A stretch of DNA of 64,000 bases from an uncultured delta proteobacterium (GTDB lineage: Bacteria > Desulfobacterota > WTBG01). Location: NCBI GenBank assembly GCA_963793865.1, contig CAWCBP010000001.1:1024001-1088000 (forward strand). Direction: 5' to 3'. Made by a program: the position numbers and the translations under genes. Below are positions 1 through 9,615 of the stretch, piece by piece (positions within the stretch are counted from its first letter, which is position 1; each line of letters starts with the position of its first letter). The notes beneath the pieces were generated by a model, which was not told the DNA's origin, did not search any database, and worked only from the letters and a program-made list of their open reading frames with translations.

Positions 1-435
1 TCCAATCCTCAGATAATCGGCAATTCCTATTATTATCGATTGCTGAATGCCACATTTGTCTACGATTCCATTTCAGCAATTACGCTTACTTTTCTGATTA
101 CCCTCCCCTTGCTCCTTGCGACTTCCGGTTTTTCACTGCTAAGGAGAACCCAAGTCATTTTAATTGGGCTTGTTTTGCTTTTTACCTTTCATTTGATTTC
201 CCTTCTTATTGCACTCCATGCCAACTTATATAATCAATATCCAATGCTTTTGCAAAAAGGCGTGAACTTTGATCCAATCTTTTCCTACAATCCGGCAAAG
301 GCTCAGATTTTTTCTACAGTTCATCGATTCTTTAACGTTATCTTTAAATTTGCCGTGGCAGTGAGTATCTGGATTGGCCTGGTGAGCTGGTATAAAAAAT
401 CGGCTCCACAGCACTGGGTAAGGAAATTGATGTGA
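1..435 (+). CDS. Integral membrane protein, 5'-truncated by the window edge; weak resemblance to exosortase/exosortase-associated membrane proteins
   Basis: Frame is open from base 1 to the stop at 435. Three hydrophobic segments (ITLTFLITLPLLLAT; VILIGLVLLFTFHLISLLIAL; FFNVIFKFAVAVSIWIGLV). The family call is pattern recall only. Confidence 0.45.
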   Translation, partial: SNPQIIGNSYYYRLLNATFVYDSISAITLTFLITLPLLLATSGFSLLRRTQVILIGLVLLFTFHLISLLIALHANLYNQYPMLLQKGVNFDPIFSYNPAKAQIFSTVHRFFNVIFKFAVAVSIWIGLVSWYKKSAPQHWVRKLM

Positions 436-453
436 GGTGGGAATTTATATGAG

Positions 454-483
454 TGTAGGGGCGACCGGCCGGTCGCCCCTACA
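454..483. repeat. Perfect 30-bp GTAG-type REP palindrome between convergent genes
   Basis: tgtaggggcgaccgg|ccggtcgcccctaca is its own reverse complement and carries GTAG/CTAC ends. Confidence 0.85.
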
Positions 484-552
484 AGTCTGACATTATTTTC
501 GTGTTAAACCGACACGCATCAAAAGAACCATTCCTGATTGATGACTTTACTC

Positions 553-2100
553 TTAGAGGATGGTTATCTTACCATTCCTGGAAACATACTCCGCTACCGC
601 TTCAGCTCCCATGCAGGTGATTTCAAATGGATAGTCTCCCGGCGGCATATCCTTGGGGGGCGTCACGGTAAGTGCAAAGGCCTTGGTTTCATGGGGAGCA
701 AGATCCAACGTAACATCATTGGGATTGATCCAGCGGCTGGGGGCGGTTAGCCCGCCGATACGTATTCTCTCTCTTTCAAATCCCTGGTTCTGAACCGTAA
801 CGTTAAACTGTGCTGATTCTCCCGCCTTGATTTTTTGGCAGAACGGCTCAATCCAGAGTGCATGGGTATTGCGCGTGACATTCATACCCTGCGCCACCGG
901 TCCTATCATGCTCATTATCCCGCCGACTATCAGATTTGGCCCGCAGATTTTATCCCGTATGGATGGCGTCCACTCCCTGGTAAACGATGCATAAACACCC
1001 GCATTATCCGGATCGAAACATTTATCCTCAATGGTTTTGATCGCCTCAGCGCATCTTTTCTGGAAGCGCGGTGCCCCGGTCAGACGGTATGCCACATTGA
1101 GAGCTAGAAGGCAATTGATGTGGGTTGAGATTTGTTTCGTAGTGTCCTGCGGTCTTAAATCTTCACTTAAGCTCGAATAAAAACCTCCCTGCTCTTTGTC
1201 CCAGGCCTGATTAACAAGTATATCTCCGATTTCAACAACCTTTTTCCCAAACTGGTAGGCATAGTCGCTCACCGGTTCAACACTCGGCGCCGGACCGCGG
1301 AAGGAGTAAACGGCTGGATACGGTCTGCCGGTAAAGGCATGGCTGCCGCGTCGCGGACCCCAGATCGAAGGACCGAGATTGTGATAATGAAAATAGAGGG
1401 TCAAGGCAAGCGATGCCATCTCACCGACATCTTTTTCTTTGGAAGCGGGTTTCCAGTCCCTGGTAAATGACGTATAAAACCCGCCATGCACCTTATCTAA
1501 CGCCTTATCAAGGATTAGATCACCGAGTTCCCTTGCCCGCTGTTTGTGGTAAGCTGCCTTTGCCCCGAAAGGAGAATCCATTCCGTCCTTCCAGGAACCG
1601 TTCAAATGCTGAAGCATGCTGCATTGCGTGGCCAGGTCCTTAAGATCGCTCGCAGCATTCCAGTTTTCGGTGTAGAGAGAGAAAAATCCTCCATCTTTCA
1701 TATCCCAGGCATGATCAAGGGCGACATCCAGGAAACTGAGCGCCCTGAGGAGATACTTGTCCTCATAACTAACTTCATAAAGATGCATCAATACACCGAA
1801 TATTTCTGATGTTTTGTCAAGGTTCTTTTCCCGGCGGGTGATGTTCCAGTTTTTATCGGCGGCAAAAAAGTAACCGCCATTGCGCTTGTCTTCAAATCGG
1901 GCGATGACTTGATCAACCGCCTTGCCGGCATCGACAATGGTTTCGGGATCATGGGTTATCATCGCTCCGATGACATGAATCCTGGCGGCAGAAAACTGCT
2001 CTTCGGATATTTTCTGTTCATCGACTACGCGCGACCAGTCCTCTGAAACTGCATGAAAGAGACCGCCATTGACCTTGTCCTCAAAATATGGCTGGAACAT
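553..2100 (-). CDS. AGE (N-acylglucosamine 2-epimerase/cellobiose epimerase)-superfamily (alpha/alpha)6 barrel protein with a C-terminal Ig-like (NEW3-like) domain
   Basis: Six recurring D-x3-GG-[FYL]...[DNE]W...K motifs (e.g. EDKRNGGYFFAADKNW, DKVHGGFYTSFTRDW). C-terminal beta-rich region FNVTVQNQG...LTVTPPKDMPPGDYPFEIT. Confidence 0.7.
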   Translation of the reverse strand: MFQPYFEDKVNGGLFHAVSEDWSRVVDEQKISEEQFSAARIHVIGAMITHDPETIVDAGKAVDQVIARFEDKRNGGYFFAADKNWNITRREKNLDKTSEIFGVLMHLYEVSYEDKYLLRALSFLDVALDHAWDMKDGGFFSLYTENWNAASDLKDLATQCSMLQHLNGSWKDGMDSPFGAKAAYHKQRARELGDLILDKALDKVHGGFYTSFTRDWKPASKEKDVGEMASLALTLYFHYHNLGPSIWGPRRGSHAFTGRPYPAVYSFRGPAPSVEPVSDYAYQFGKKVVEIGDILVNQAWDKEQGGFYSSLSEDLRPQDTTKQISTHINCLLALNVAYRLTGAPRFQKRCAEAIKTIEDKCFDPDNAGVYASFTREWTPSIRDKICGPNLIVGGIMSMIGPVAQGMNVTRNTHALWIEPFCQKIKAGESAQFNVTVQNQGFERERIRIGGLTAPSRWINPNDVTLDLAPHETKAFALTVTPPKDMPPGDYPFEITCMGAEAVAEYVSRNGKITIL

Positions 2101-2141
2101 TTTTTAATCCTTTGCGCGAAATTCGCATTTGTTTGTTCAAT

Positions 2142-2169
2142 ACATTCGCGGCTGAAGCCGCTCCTACCG
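2142..2169 (-). repeat. Half copy of the GTAG REP family also seen at 33.3 and 48.9 kb
   Basis: Minus strand cggtaggagcggcttcagccgcgaatgt matches 33262 ccggtatgagcggcttgaagccgcgaatgc. Its TAG is the stop codon of the flavoprotein gene. Confidence 0.7.
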
Positions 2170-2749
2170 TTTTTTTAAGGCGCTGCCCAGCTTTTTGCCG
2201 GCTTCCTCTGCAAGCTTCATCACCTCCGGCATGTCGGCAACATCATTCATGCCGATTGGAACAGCTATCCTGTCAATAATATTCATGCGGTGCGATTCAC
2301 CCATGCACATCGAGAGTATCTCCATGGTCTTCTCATGCCCGGCACCCGCAACCGTGGTGACCAGGACACCGGGTTTACCTGCAAGCGGCCTTTGTCCCAT
2401 AAAGGGCATGTTTGGATCATACTGGGGACCTATGCCGCGATAGTAAAGCGCCAGGCTCCGGTCAATCAGGCATTTAACCACGCCGGACACATTCATGTAA
2501 TAGGTGGGGGAGCCAAGAACAATCGCATCCGCATCAAGCATCTTCTGATAGAGCGCCTGCATGTCATCCAGCTATGGGACACTTTCCTTCATACATCATG
2601 CACTCCGAGCATCCGGTACAGGGCTTTATTTCAAGTTTTCCCAATTCCGCGATGTCATATTCGCAGCCGGACGACTCCGCGACTTTTCTCACCAGTTTAT
2701 TGGTATTGCTCTCCTCCCGCATGCCACCGCAAATAGCCAGGATCTTCAT
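2164..2749 (-). CDS. Flavodoxin-like iron-sulfur flavoprotein (NAD(P)H-dependent FMN reductase/Isf family), split by one frameshift near 2565
   Basis: ORF 2564-2749 (MKILAICGGMREESNT...IKPCTGCSEC...C) joins ORF 2164-2562 (DAIVLGSPTYYMNVSG...IDRS). Confidence 0.85.
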
Positions 2750-2774
2750 ACACGCTCCTCCTCGTCAACATGGA

Positions 2775-5027
2775 TTATGCTCGTCGCTTCTCTTTGTCTC
2801 TTTTCCGAATCCCTTCCAGTACACGTTCCGGAGTCAACGGAAACTCCGTTATGGTGTACCCGATGGCATTGCTCACCGCACCGGCTATGGCGTGAGGGTT
2901 ACAGGCAATCGGTCCCTCGCCGACCTCTTTTGCGCCAAACGGCCCATACGGGTCATTGGTCTCAACGATGATATGTTCCATGCCCGGTACTTCAAATGTT
3001 CTCGGCAGCCGGTAGTCCATGCGGGACTGGTTAATAATCTGCCCTTGTTCAAGCAGGCACTCTTCAAAAAGTGTCTGCCCCATGCCGCTGAAAACCTGTC
3101 CATCCATCTGTCCTTCCACCGCAAGCGGATTGATGGCCCGACCCACATCATGGGCAACGGTCATCCTGATCAGCTTCACCATGCCCGTCTCCGGATCCAC
3201 CTCCACCTCGGCAATCTGGGCGCCGAATGAATAGGCAAGCGCGGGCTTGCTGGTCGGCGAATTATAAAAGCCCCTGCCCATGATAAACCTGCCTTCGGCA
3301 GAATGGAGGGTGTCAAACACCACGTCTTCGAAGGAGAGTGTCTTCCCGGGATCAGACTTGGAATAAATCTTGCGATCCCGGAATACAAGCGACGCAGGTT
3401 TAACTTTGAGCTTCTCTGCAGCGGTTTTAGCTATCTGCTGTTTTGCGTCAAGGCTGGCATTTTTAACGGCGTTGCCGGTGGTAAAGGTTCCTCTCTGTGA
3501 GAAAGCCCCCACATCAAAGGGCGCAACATCAGTGTCTCCCGACAACACCGTAATATCATCCGCTTCTATGCCCAGTGTTTCAGCAGCAATCATGGCCATG
3601 GTGGTATGTGAACCCTGCCCCATGTCCGGAAGACCGGTAAAGAGACACAGCTTGCCGTCTTCGGCAATTTTAAGAAAGGCGGCGGATGTATCATGCTGGA
3701 ACAGTCCTTTCCCGCCTGAACTCATCACCCCGCATCCTATGCCGATGCCACGGTATGGCGGCAGCTTGCCGTATTTTTTCTTCCATCCTGATTTCCGACC
3801 CGTCTTTTCAATGCATTCCTTCAACCCGCAGCTGGCATAGTGCGTGTCACCGATGGTGGTATAGCCCTTGTCGACCGCATTCTTGTAATGCAAATCCAGC
3901 GGATCAAGTCCTATGTCCTGAGCGACGGCATAGAGGTGCTGTCCCAGGGCAAACTGCGAGGGAACCAGACCGCCTCCGTGATGAAAAAAGTAAGGCACGT
4001 TATTGGTATAGACAAGCCGTCCCCTGTAGCGCATGGCCTCAATCTTGTAAAGCATCTGCAGGGTTGAAGCCACGATGATCAGCTGGATGAACTGCGTCTC
4101 CACATAGGCGCCGCAGTCATAGAGATGATCGGCTTCAATCACCTTCAGCGTCCCGTCCTTCAAGACGCCGGACTTGAAGGTAAGCTTGCTTCCTCCGGCG
4201 GAACGGCAGACGATGAATTCTTCCTCTGCGGTCATACAGATCCGTACCGGCCGCGAAGATTTCCGTGACAGTACGGCGGCTATCAAATGATGTGGACGGA
4301 CTGTACCCCTTCCGGAGAATGCTCCGCCGGTGTTGAGATTTAACACCCGCACCTGGCTTTCCGACAGCCCCAGGCTCTGCGCCATTCCCTTCTGGATGAG
4401 GATAGCCGTCTGGCTGGGGGTCCATATGGCGAGCTTCCCGGGAAGGGAATAGTCCACGATGGTTCCGTGCAGTTCGGCAAAACAGTTGTGCGAAGGAAAG
4501 GTCTCAAACTCATCGGTTCTCACGTGATCCGACTCTGCAAAAGCCCTGTCCACGTCACCATAATTGACAACCCTTTCATCGGCATAGTTGTCATCAAAGT
4601 ACTGGTGAAGTATCGGAGCGCCGGCCGCCGTGGCCTCTTCCATGGTAAGCAGCGCCGGCAACGGCTCGTAATCAACCCTGATAAGCTCTGCGGCTTCCAG
4701 GGCGGCGTCTTCATCGAATGCTGCAACTGCCGCCACTTCATCCCCGATGTAATAGACCATGTCATCGCACAGCAGCTGCTGGTCAGGACCCACCATTATC
4801 CCGGCCGAGTCCTTGTGGGTTATCACTGCCTTCACGCCGGCGACGCTTTCAGCGCGGGTTGTATCAATGTTTACGATCTTCCCCCGCGGTATGGTACTGC
4901 GGACTATCTTCCCGTGAAGCATGCCCGGGAGTACCACATCTTCCGTAAACTGTGAGCGACCGGTGGCCTTGAGCGGTGCATCAAGCTTCGTTTGTCTCCG
5001 GCCTATCACATTGTATTTATCAGCCAT
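2775..5027 (-). CDS. Xanthine dehydrogenase family molybdopterin-binding subunit (HcrA/CoxL-like)
   Basis: 750 aa with ATGRSQF, DMGQGSHT, AHDVGRAINP, EGQMDG and GPFGAKEVGE motifs. Confidence 0.92.
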   Translation of the reverse strand: MADKYNVIGRRQTKLDAPLKATGRSQFTEDVVLPGMLHGKIVRSTIPRGKIVNIDTTRAESVAGVKAVITHKDSAGIMVGPDQQLLCDDMVYYIGDEVAAVAAFDEDAALEAAELIRVDYEPLPALLTMEEATAAGAPILHQYFDDNYADERVVNYGDVDRAFAESDHVRTDEFETFPSHNCFAELHGTIVDYSLPGKLAIWTPSQTAILIQKGMAQSLGLSESQVRVLNLNTGGAFSGRGTVRPHHLIAAVLSRKSSRPVRICMTAEEEFIVCRSAGGSKLTFKSGVLKDGTLKVIEADHLYDCGAYVETQFIQLIIVASTLQMLYKIEAMRYRGRLVYTNNVPYFFHHGGGLVPSQFALGQHLYAVAQDIGLDPLDLHYKNAVDKGYTTIGDTHYASCGLKECIEKTGRKSGWKKKYGKLPPYRGIGIGCGVMSSGGKGLFQHDTSAAFLKIAEDGKLCLFTGLPDMGQGSHTTMAMIAAETLGIEADDITVLSGDTDVAPFDVGAFSQRGTFTTGNAVKNASLDAKQQIAKTAAEKLKVKPASLVFRDRKIYSKSDPGKTLSFEDVVFDTLHSAEGRFIMGRGFYNSPTSKPALAYSFGAQIAEVEVDPETGMVKLIRMTVAHDVGRAINPLAVEGQMDGQVFSGMGQTLFEECLLEQGQIINQSRMDYRLPRTFEVPGMEHIIVETNDPYGPFGAKEVGEGPIACNPHAIAGAVSNAIGYTITEFPLTPERVLEGIRKRDKEKRRA

Positions 5028-5509
5028 TATTCTTTTTCTCCGGCAGTATGCGATGCCTTTTTAACCGCCTCCATAATCTTAATATGCCCTGTGCATCGGC
5101 AAAACGTGCCTGCAAGGGCTTCCTTGATCTCGTCGTCGGTGGGAGCGGGGTTTTCATCCAGAAGCGCTTTCCCGGTCATGATAATACCGGGAGTGCAGTA
5201 GCCGCACTGAACCGCCCCGTTTTCAATAAACGACTTCTGGAGGGGGTGGAGTGACTCGGCTGTACTGATGCCCTCGATGGTGGTTATGCTTCGACCTTCA
5301 CACTCCACGGCCAGCGTAAGACATGACAGGATGGCCTTGCCGTCGATGATTACCGTGCATACCCCGCAGGTTCCAATCTCGCATCCCCGTTTTGACCCGG
5401 TAAGCCCCAGCTCGTCCCGGATGACTTCGAGCAATGTCTGCCAGGGCTTGACCGCCACCTCGTACACAGTATCATTGACCGTAAGCGATATTATTTTCTT
5501 TTCCATCAT
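5027..5509 (-). CDS. Xanthine dehydrogenase family 2x[2Fe-2S] subunit (HcrC/CoxS-like)
   Basis: GSKRGCEIGTCGVCTV, SCL, QCGYCTPG and CRCTG motifs. Confidence 0.95.
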   Translation of the reverse strand: MMEKKIISLTVNDTVYEVAVKPWQTLLEVIRDELGLTGSKRGCEIGTCGVCTVIIDGKAILSCLTLAVECEGRSITTIEGISTAESLHPLQKSFIENGAVQCGYCTPGIIMTGKALLDENPAPTDDEIKEALAGTFCRCTGHIKIMEAVKKASHTAGEKE

Positions 5510-6511
5510 TTGCTCCTGTTTTTACGGGACAGTTCATTCAGCTCATCAAGGGCTCTTTTTACCAGCACCTCGGCAAGATGCCGCTTATATCCGGCCGAGG
5601 TAAAAAGATTGGTCAGCGCCCCCAGTTCCGATCGGGCGGTTAATGCCGCCCGCTCAACAGCGGCATCGGTAAATCCCGCTTCCGCAATTACCTGCACTGT
5701 TTTCTTCAAATTAATGGGAGCCGAACCAATGCAATTAAGCACCAATCGCAGTTCCCCCGCCCCCTTGTCATTCTGTGCAAAAAAGCCGGCGATGCTTCCC
5801 ATTGAAAAATCAATTCCCTTACGCATGGCTATCTTGATAAATGATGTACGGGCCGCACCCGCTTCCCGGGGAATGAGAATTGCTGCTACCATTTCCTCCG
5901 GGGCAAGTACGGTCGGACTCGCTCCGTTGTCCTGGAAAAAGTCTTTAAACTGAAGGATCCGCTCCTGTCCCTTCCTGACAACCTTTACCCTGGCCCCGAG
6001 GGCAATGAGAACAGGCGCCGTATCCGAACTGTTGATCGCGTGGCACCGGGGCGATCCCTTAATGGCGTGGCACTCCCTGCCTCCCATTTTATGGCAGACT
6101 TCCCGTGCGTCCCGCCACCATTTCGACTTATTGTAGTACCAGCAGCGCGTATCGAGACAGATATTCCCGCCCAGAGTTGCCATGTTGCGTATGTGCTTGG
6201 ACGCGACTGATTGCACCGCCTTATGGAATGCAGGAAAATCGGAGGCAATCTGCTTATGGGCCACAATCTCTGACAAGGGTAATACCCGCTCCTATGCTGC
6301 AATAACCCTTATCATCCGTTACAATCTGACTTAATTCCGGTAATCCCTTTATGCCAACGACCAGTTCCGGGCTTGCCACCCGGTACTTCATGTTAATCAA
6401 AAGGTCGGTCCCACCGGCAAGGAGTCGGGCCCTGCTGCCCTGTTCCTGTAAAAGATTAAGGCATTCTTCAATGCTGGACGGCTTTCTGTATTCAAATCGG
6501 GGAAGTCTCAT
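5506..6511 (-). CDS. Xanthine dehydrogenase family FAD-binding subunit with HcrB-type [4Fe-4S] insertion; frameshift near 6275
   Basis: ORF 6254-6511 (MRLPRFEY..LAGGTDL) joins ORF 5506-6276 (IRNMATLGGN-ICLDTRCWYYNKSKWWR...C...C...C-SSDTAP). Confidence 0.9.
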
Positions 6512-6565
6512 TTCGTCAGCGCTCCTTCAGTCGTGGAGTATACATTATGCATAAACAGGACTGTA

Positions 6566-6595
6566 ACTATAAGGTAACTCTTCAAAAAGTGTCAA
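6566..6595 (-). promoter_or_regulatory. Candidate sigma70 promoter for the molybdoenzyme operon
   Basis: Minus strand TTGACA-18 nt-TATAGT, about 55 nt upstream of the FAD-subunit start. Confidence 0.5.
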
Positions 6596-6625
6596 GCATA
6601 AAGAAGATTATTATCGTGTGCCTCC

Positions 6626-7219
6626 TTATCTAACTGCTACACAGGTCCACCTTTCATATTTATCATACGCTTCATCGGTATCAACATCCATCGCCTCCCT
6701 CTCATCCTGTATCACTACTACGCTAATCAGATTCTTCATTATATCGATAACTGCCCTCCCCCCCATGTCCCCCTCCAGTAAAAGCAGTTCGCGTTTGGCC
6801 GATGACGGGAAAATGACCGGGTTCCCTCTTCTGCTCCCATACACCGGGACGACAATCCTGTTCATGTCTTTTTTGAATGCCGTTATGAGCCGGTCGATGG
6901 TGACTGCGCTTACATAGGGCTGATCACCCACCAAAAACATGAAGCCGTCACTTTCCGGACATGCACATTTCACCCCCGCCTTTACGGCAGCGCTCTGCCC
7001 ATATTCAGGATGTGAATTGTGAACCAGTGACAGACGATACTTTTGTCCCAAATCTCTTATCTCATCCTTCTGATAGACAAGCAAAACCTCATCAAGGGTG
7101 GATGCCATTGCCGCGCGTATTACCCGTTCAAGCATGGGAATGCCTTCGACAGCGAGGGTAAGCTTTTCCCTCTTCATTCTGCTCGAAAAACCGGATGCCA
7201 GTATAATACCGGAAATCAT
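6626..7219 (-). CDS. mocA: Molybdenum cofactor cytidylyltransferase (MocA-like NTP transferase)
   Basis: Starts at MISGIILASGFSSRM..KL; carries LVGDQP, RGNPVIF, GDMGGR and DVDT motifs. Adjacent to a xanthine-dehydrogenase-family enzyme, which needs MCD cofactor. Confidence 0.85.
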   Translation of the reverse strand: MISGIILASGFSSRMKREKLTLAVEGIPMLERVIRAAMASTLDEVLLVYQKDEIRDLGQKYRLSLVHNSHPEYGQSAAVKAGVKCACPESDGFMFLVGDQPYVSAVTIDRLITAFKKDMNRIVVPVYGSRRGNPVIFPSSAKRELLLLEGDMGGRAVIDIMKNLISVVVIQDEREAMDVDTDEAYDKYERWTCVAVR

Positions 7220-7221
7220 AC

Positions 7222-8373
7222 TTATTCCCTCTCCCGGCCGGATGATTTCTGCTCTGACTGGAGCCTCATTATTATCAGCACGACCACATAAAGAAAAGCA
7301 GAAATAATAAAAAGGCTTCGCGGCGCAGTCACATGCATAATGATCGAAGGAAGCGAGGGGGCCTAAAATGCTTCCCATACCATAGGCGGCAGTTATCATT
7401 GCGTTACCCCGGGGCAGATCTTCAGATGGCAATCGCTCTCCGATGATGCCTACTGCCAATGGATAAAGGGCCCCCACCGACATTCCTGCCAGCATTAAAG
7501 GGACCGCAAGACCCATCCTGAAAGTGCCGGCCACAATGATCAAAAAAACGGCAATGCCCAGAAGATAGACAAGGGCCAGCACACGCCTGAGGCCTATGCG
7601 GTCAGCAAGCATACCGATGAAGGGGGGACTCCCTCCATGGCCGATCATAAAAGCGGAAAGGAGTATGCCCGTTTGGGCAGGGTTAAAACCCTCCCGTAAT
7701 GTATAGAGAGGAATCAGCGCAATCAGCGAACCTTCCATGAAACCGGCAGTAAAATTTGTCATCAGTGAAAGTGAAATGCGCGTGAACAACCGCTGAACAA
7801 GCGATGGCGCGGCGGATGTGTCGCGCCGGTCAACCCGTATTGTAGTGCGCATGGAAAAGGCAGCAGCAAGGCAGGCAAGTCCTCCGAAGATAAAAGGCAC
7901 ACCGGTACCAAATGTCACAAGCCACAGCGCCACAGGGGTAATCATCAAACTGAAAGAAAAGGCGAATGCGTACAGGCCCAGATTTCTTCCTCTGTTGTCA
8001 TCGCCGCTGAACGGTTTATCAGCACTTCGGAGGAGATTATTACGGCCCCAAAGGTAATGCCAAGGGCAAATCGTAATGCGATCCAGATCGGAACCGAGTT
8101 GAAGAAAGACAGAATGATCATGAGCACCCCTGAAATGGTGAGGCCGGACAGGAGCACCGGTTTTATTCCGAAGCGCTCAATCAATTTTCCCACACCGGGC
8201 GCGCCTAGTGCCATTCCAATAAATATGGCGCTCGCCATTAAACCGATCACCGGTGTGGCGACTGCCATTCCTTCAAGAATGACCGACGTCACTGGAATGA
8301 TGATGCCCCAGCACAACCCAACCGTGAAGACGGCAATGATGGCATTGAGCAAGGGCAGATTTCTAAAATTCAT
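7222..8373 (-). CDS. MFS transporter (YcaD/YfkF-like), two frameshifts (~8000 and ~7350)
   Basis: Multiple TM helices with motif A in both halves (GKLIERFGIK; GMLADRIGLRR). An alternative frame after ~7350 gives a final TM helix and a stop at 7222. Confidence 0.8.
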
Positions 8374-8407
8374 ACATATACCGTTAGCGATAGCCTTGAC
8401 CCAAAAC

Positions 8408-8553
8408 GAGATTGCCGCGCGGAGTTTATCCTGAGCGAAGAACGAGATTCTTCGCGTTGCTCAGAATGACAAGCGAAGGGCTCGCAACGACAAAATCAAG
8501 GAATGACGCACCAATAGGGTCGTTGCGAGGAGCGTAAGCGACGAAGCAATCTC
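8408..8553. repeat. Nested palindromic intergenic element (REP/RPE-like composite)
   Basis: Outer arms gagattgc/gcaatctc; inner pairs ctcgcaacgac/gtcgttgcgag, ctgagc/gctcag and gcgaagaa/ttcttcgc. Confidence 0.7.
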
Positions 8554-8782
8554 ATGTAAAATATTTAATAAAATCAAAGGATAATTGTCTTGTTTTGGAT
8601 ATAAAGATGATTAATTTCAGGCACATCATTTCGCAATAGACCATAAAACACATGCACAAACTGAGTCAAGTTCTTAATCGGTTATGATTTTCAATTAAAC
8701 TTCTCCTTTGCTCTTGTACTCACTCCAAGGCTATGTTATTTTGTCTGTAACCTTTCCACAAATTATTTTAATGGAGGTATTC

Positions 8783-9539
8783 ATGAAAAGCCTATTCTCA
8801 TTTCTGCTGTTTTCTCTGCTTGCGCTTACACTGGTAACACACACAATGGCAGGACCTGCTGCTGAAAAGCTACCACCTCCGCCCGCTGCCCCGGCATCAG
8901 AAACTGCCGGATTCCAGGGTACGGTCATGGAAACCATCAACAGCGCGGGATACACGTACGTCAATGTGGATACCGGGAAGGATAAAATCTGGGCGGCGGC
9001 ACCTGAAACACCGGTTAAAAAAGGTGACACGGTAACTATTCCACCTGGTATGCTCATGCGCAACCATCATAGTAAAACCCTCAACCGCACCTTTGACACT
9101 GTTTACTTTGTGTCCGCCATATCAGTGGCAGGGGCAAAGCCGACTGAAGGAAAGCCTGCATCTGACGGCGCGGATATGGTTCACGGCAGGAACATCGCCG
9201 CTGTGCCGTCTGATATAAATTTCTCAGGAATTGCTAAAACCGGAGGGTGGCAAAACGGTCAATGAAATCTATCTTCAGCGGGATTCGTTGTCTGGTAAAG
9301 AAGTCATTCTGCGTGCTAAGGTGGTCAAATTCAGCCCCCAAATCATGGGCAAGAACTGGCTTCATGTCCAGGACGGTACCGGCGAAAAAGGAACCAATGA
9401 TCTCACCGTCACATCCGCGGCCGCAGCAAAAGTAGGGGACACCGTTCTCGTGAAAGGTGCCCTTTCAACAAACAAGGATTTCGGCCTCGGCTACAAATAT
9501 GATCTGATCATCGAAGACGCTCAGGTCACCGTTGAGTGA
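8783..9539 (+). CDS. Exported protein with two OB-fold-like domains; frameshift near 9238
   Basis: GGAGG RBS, signal peptide MKSLFSFLLFSLLAL, then GTVMETINSAGYTYVNV..KIWAAAP. Second part: GKEVILRAKVVKFSPQIMGKNWLHVQDGTG...KDFGLGYKY. Confidence 0.7.
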
Positions 9540-9615
9540 GCATTCGTTAGGCTCAACGTACGGCCTGCTACACAGGGCTTTTGAAATCGAATGGATTTTG
9601 AAAGAGGAGATACGG

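Noticed and set aside
2775..6511. Firm hcrABC or coxLMS gene symbols
   Set aside because: The large-subunit active-site motifs differ from both HcrA and CoxL (no AYxCSFR), so the substrate is unassigned.
6626..7948. Apparent MFS-MocA fusion protein (440 aa ORF)
   Set aside because: The linker (ASFDHYACDCAAKPF...) is out-of-frame text. A frameshift near 7350 restores the last MFS helix with a stop at 7222, and mocA has its own ATG at 7219.
8619..8636. sigma54-like box (ggcacatcatttcgca) upstream of the OB-fold gene
   Set aside because: GG-to-GC spacing is 11 nt rather than the required 10.
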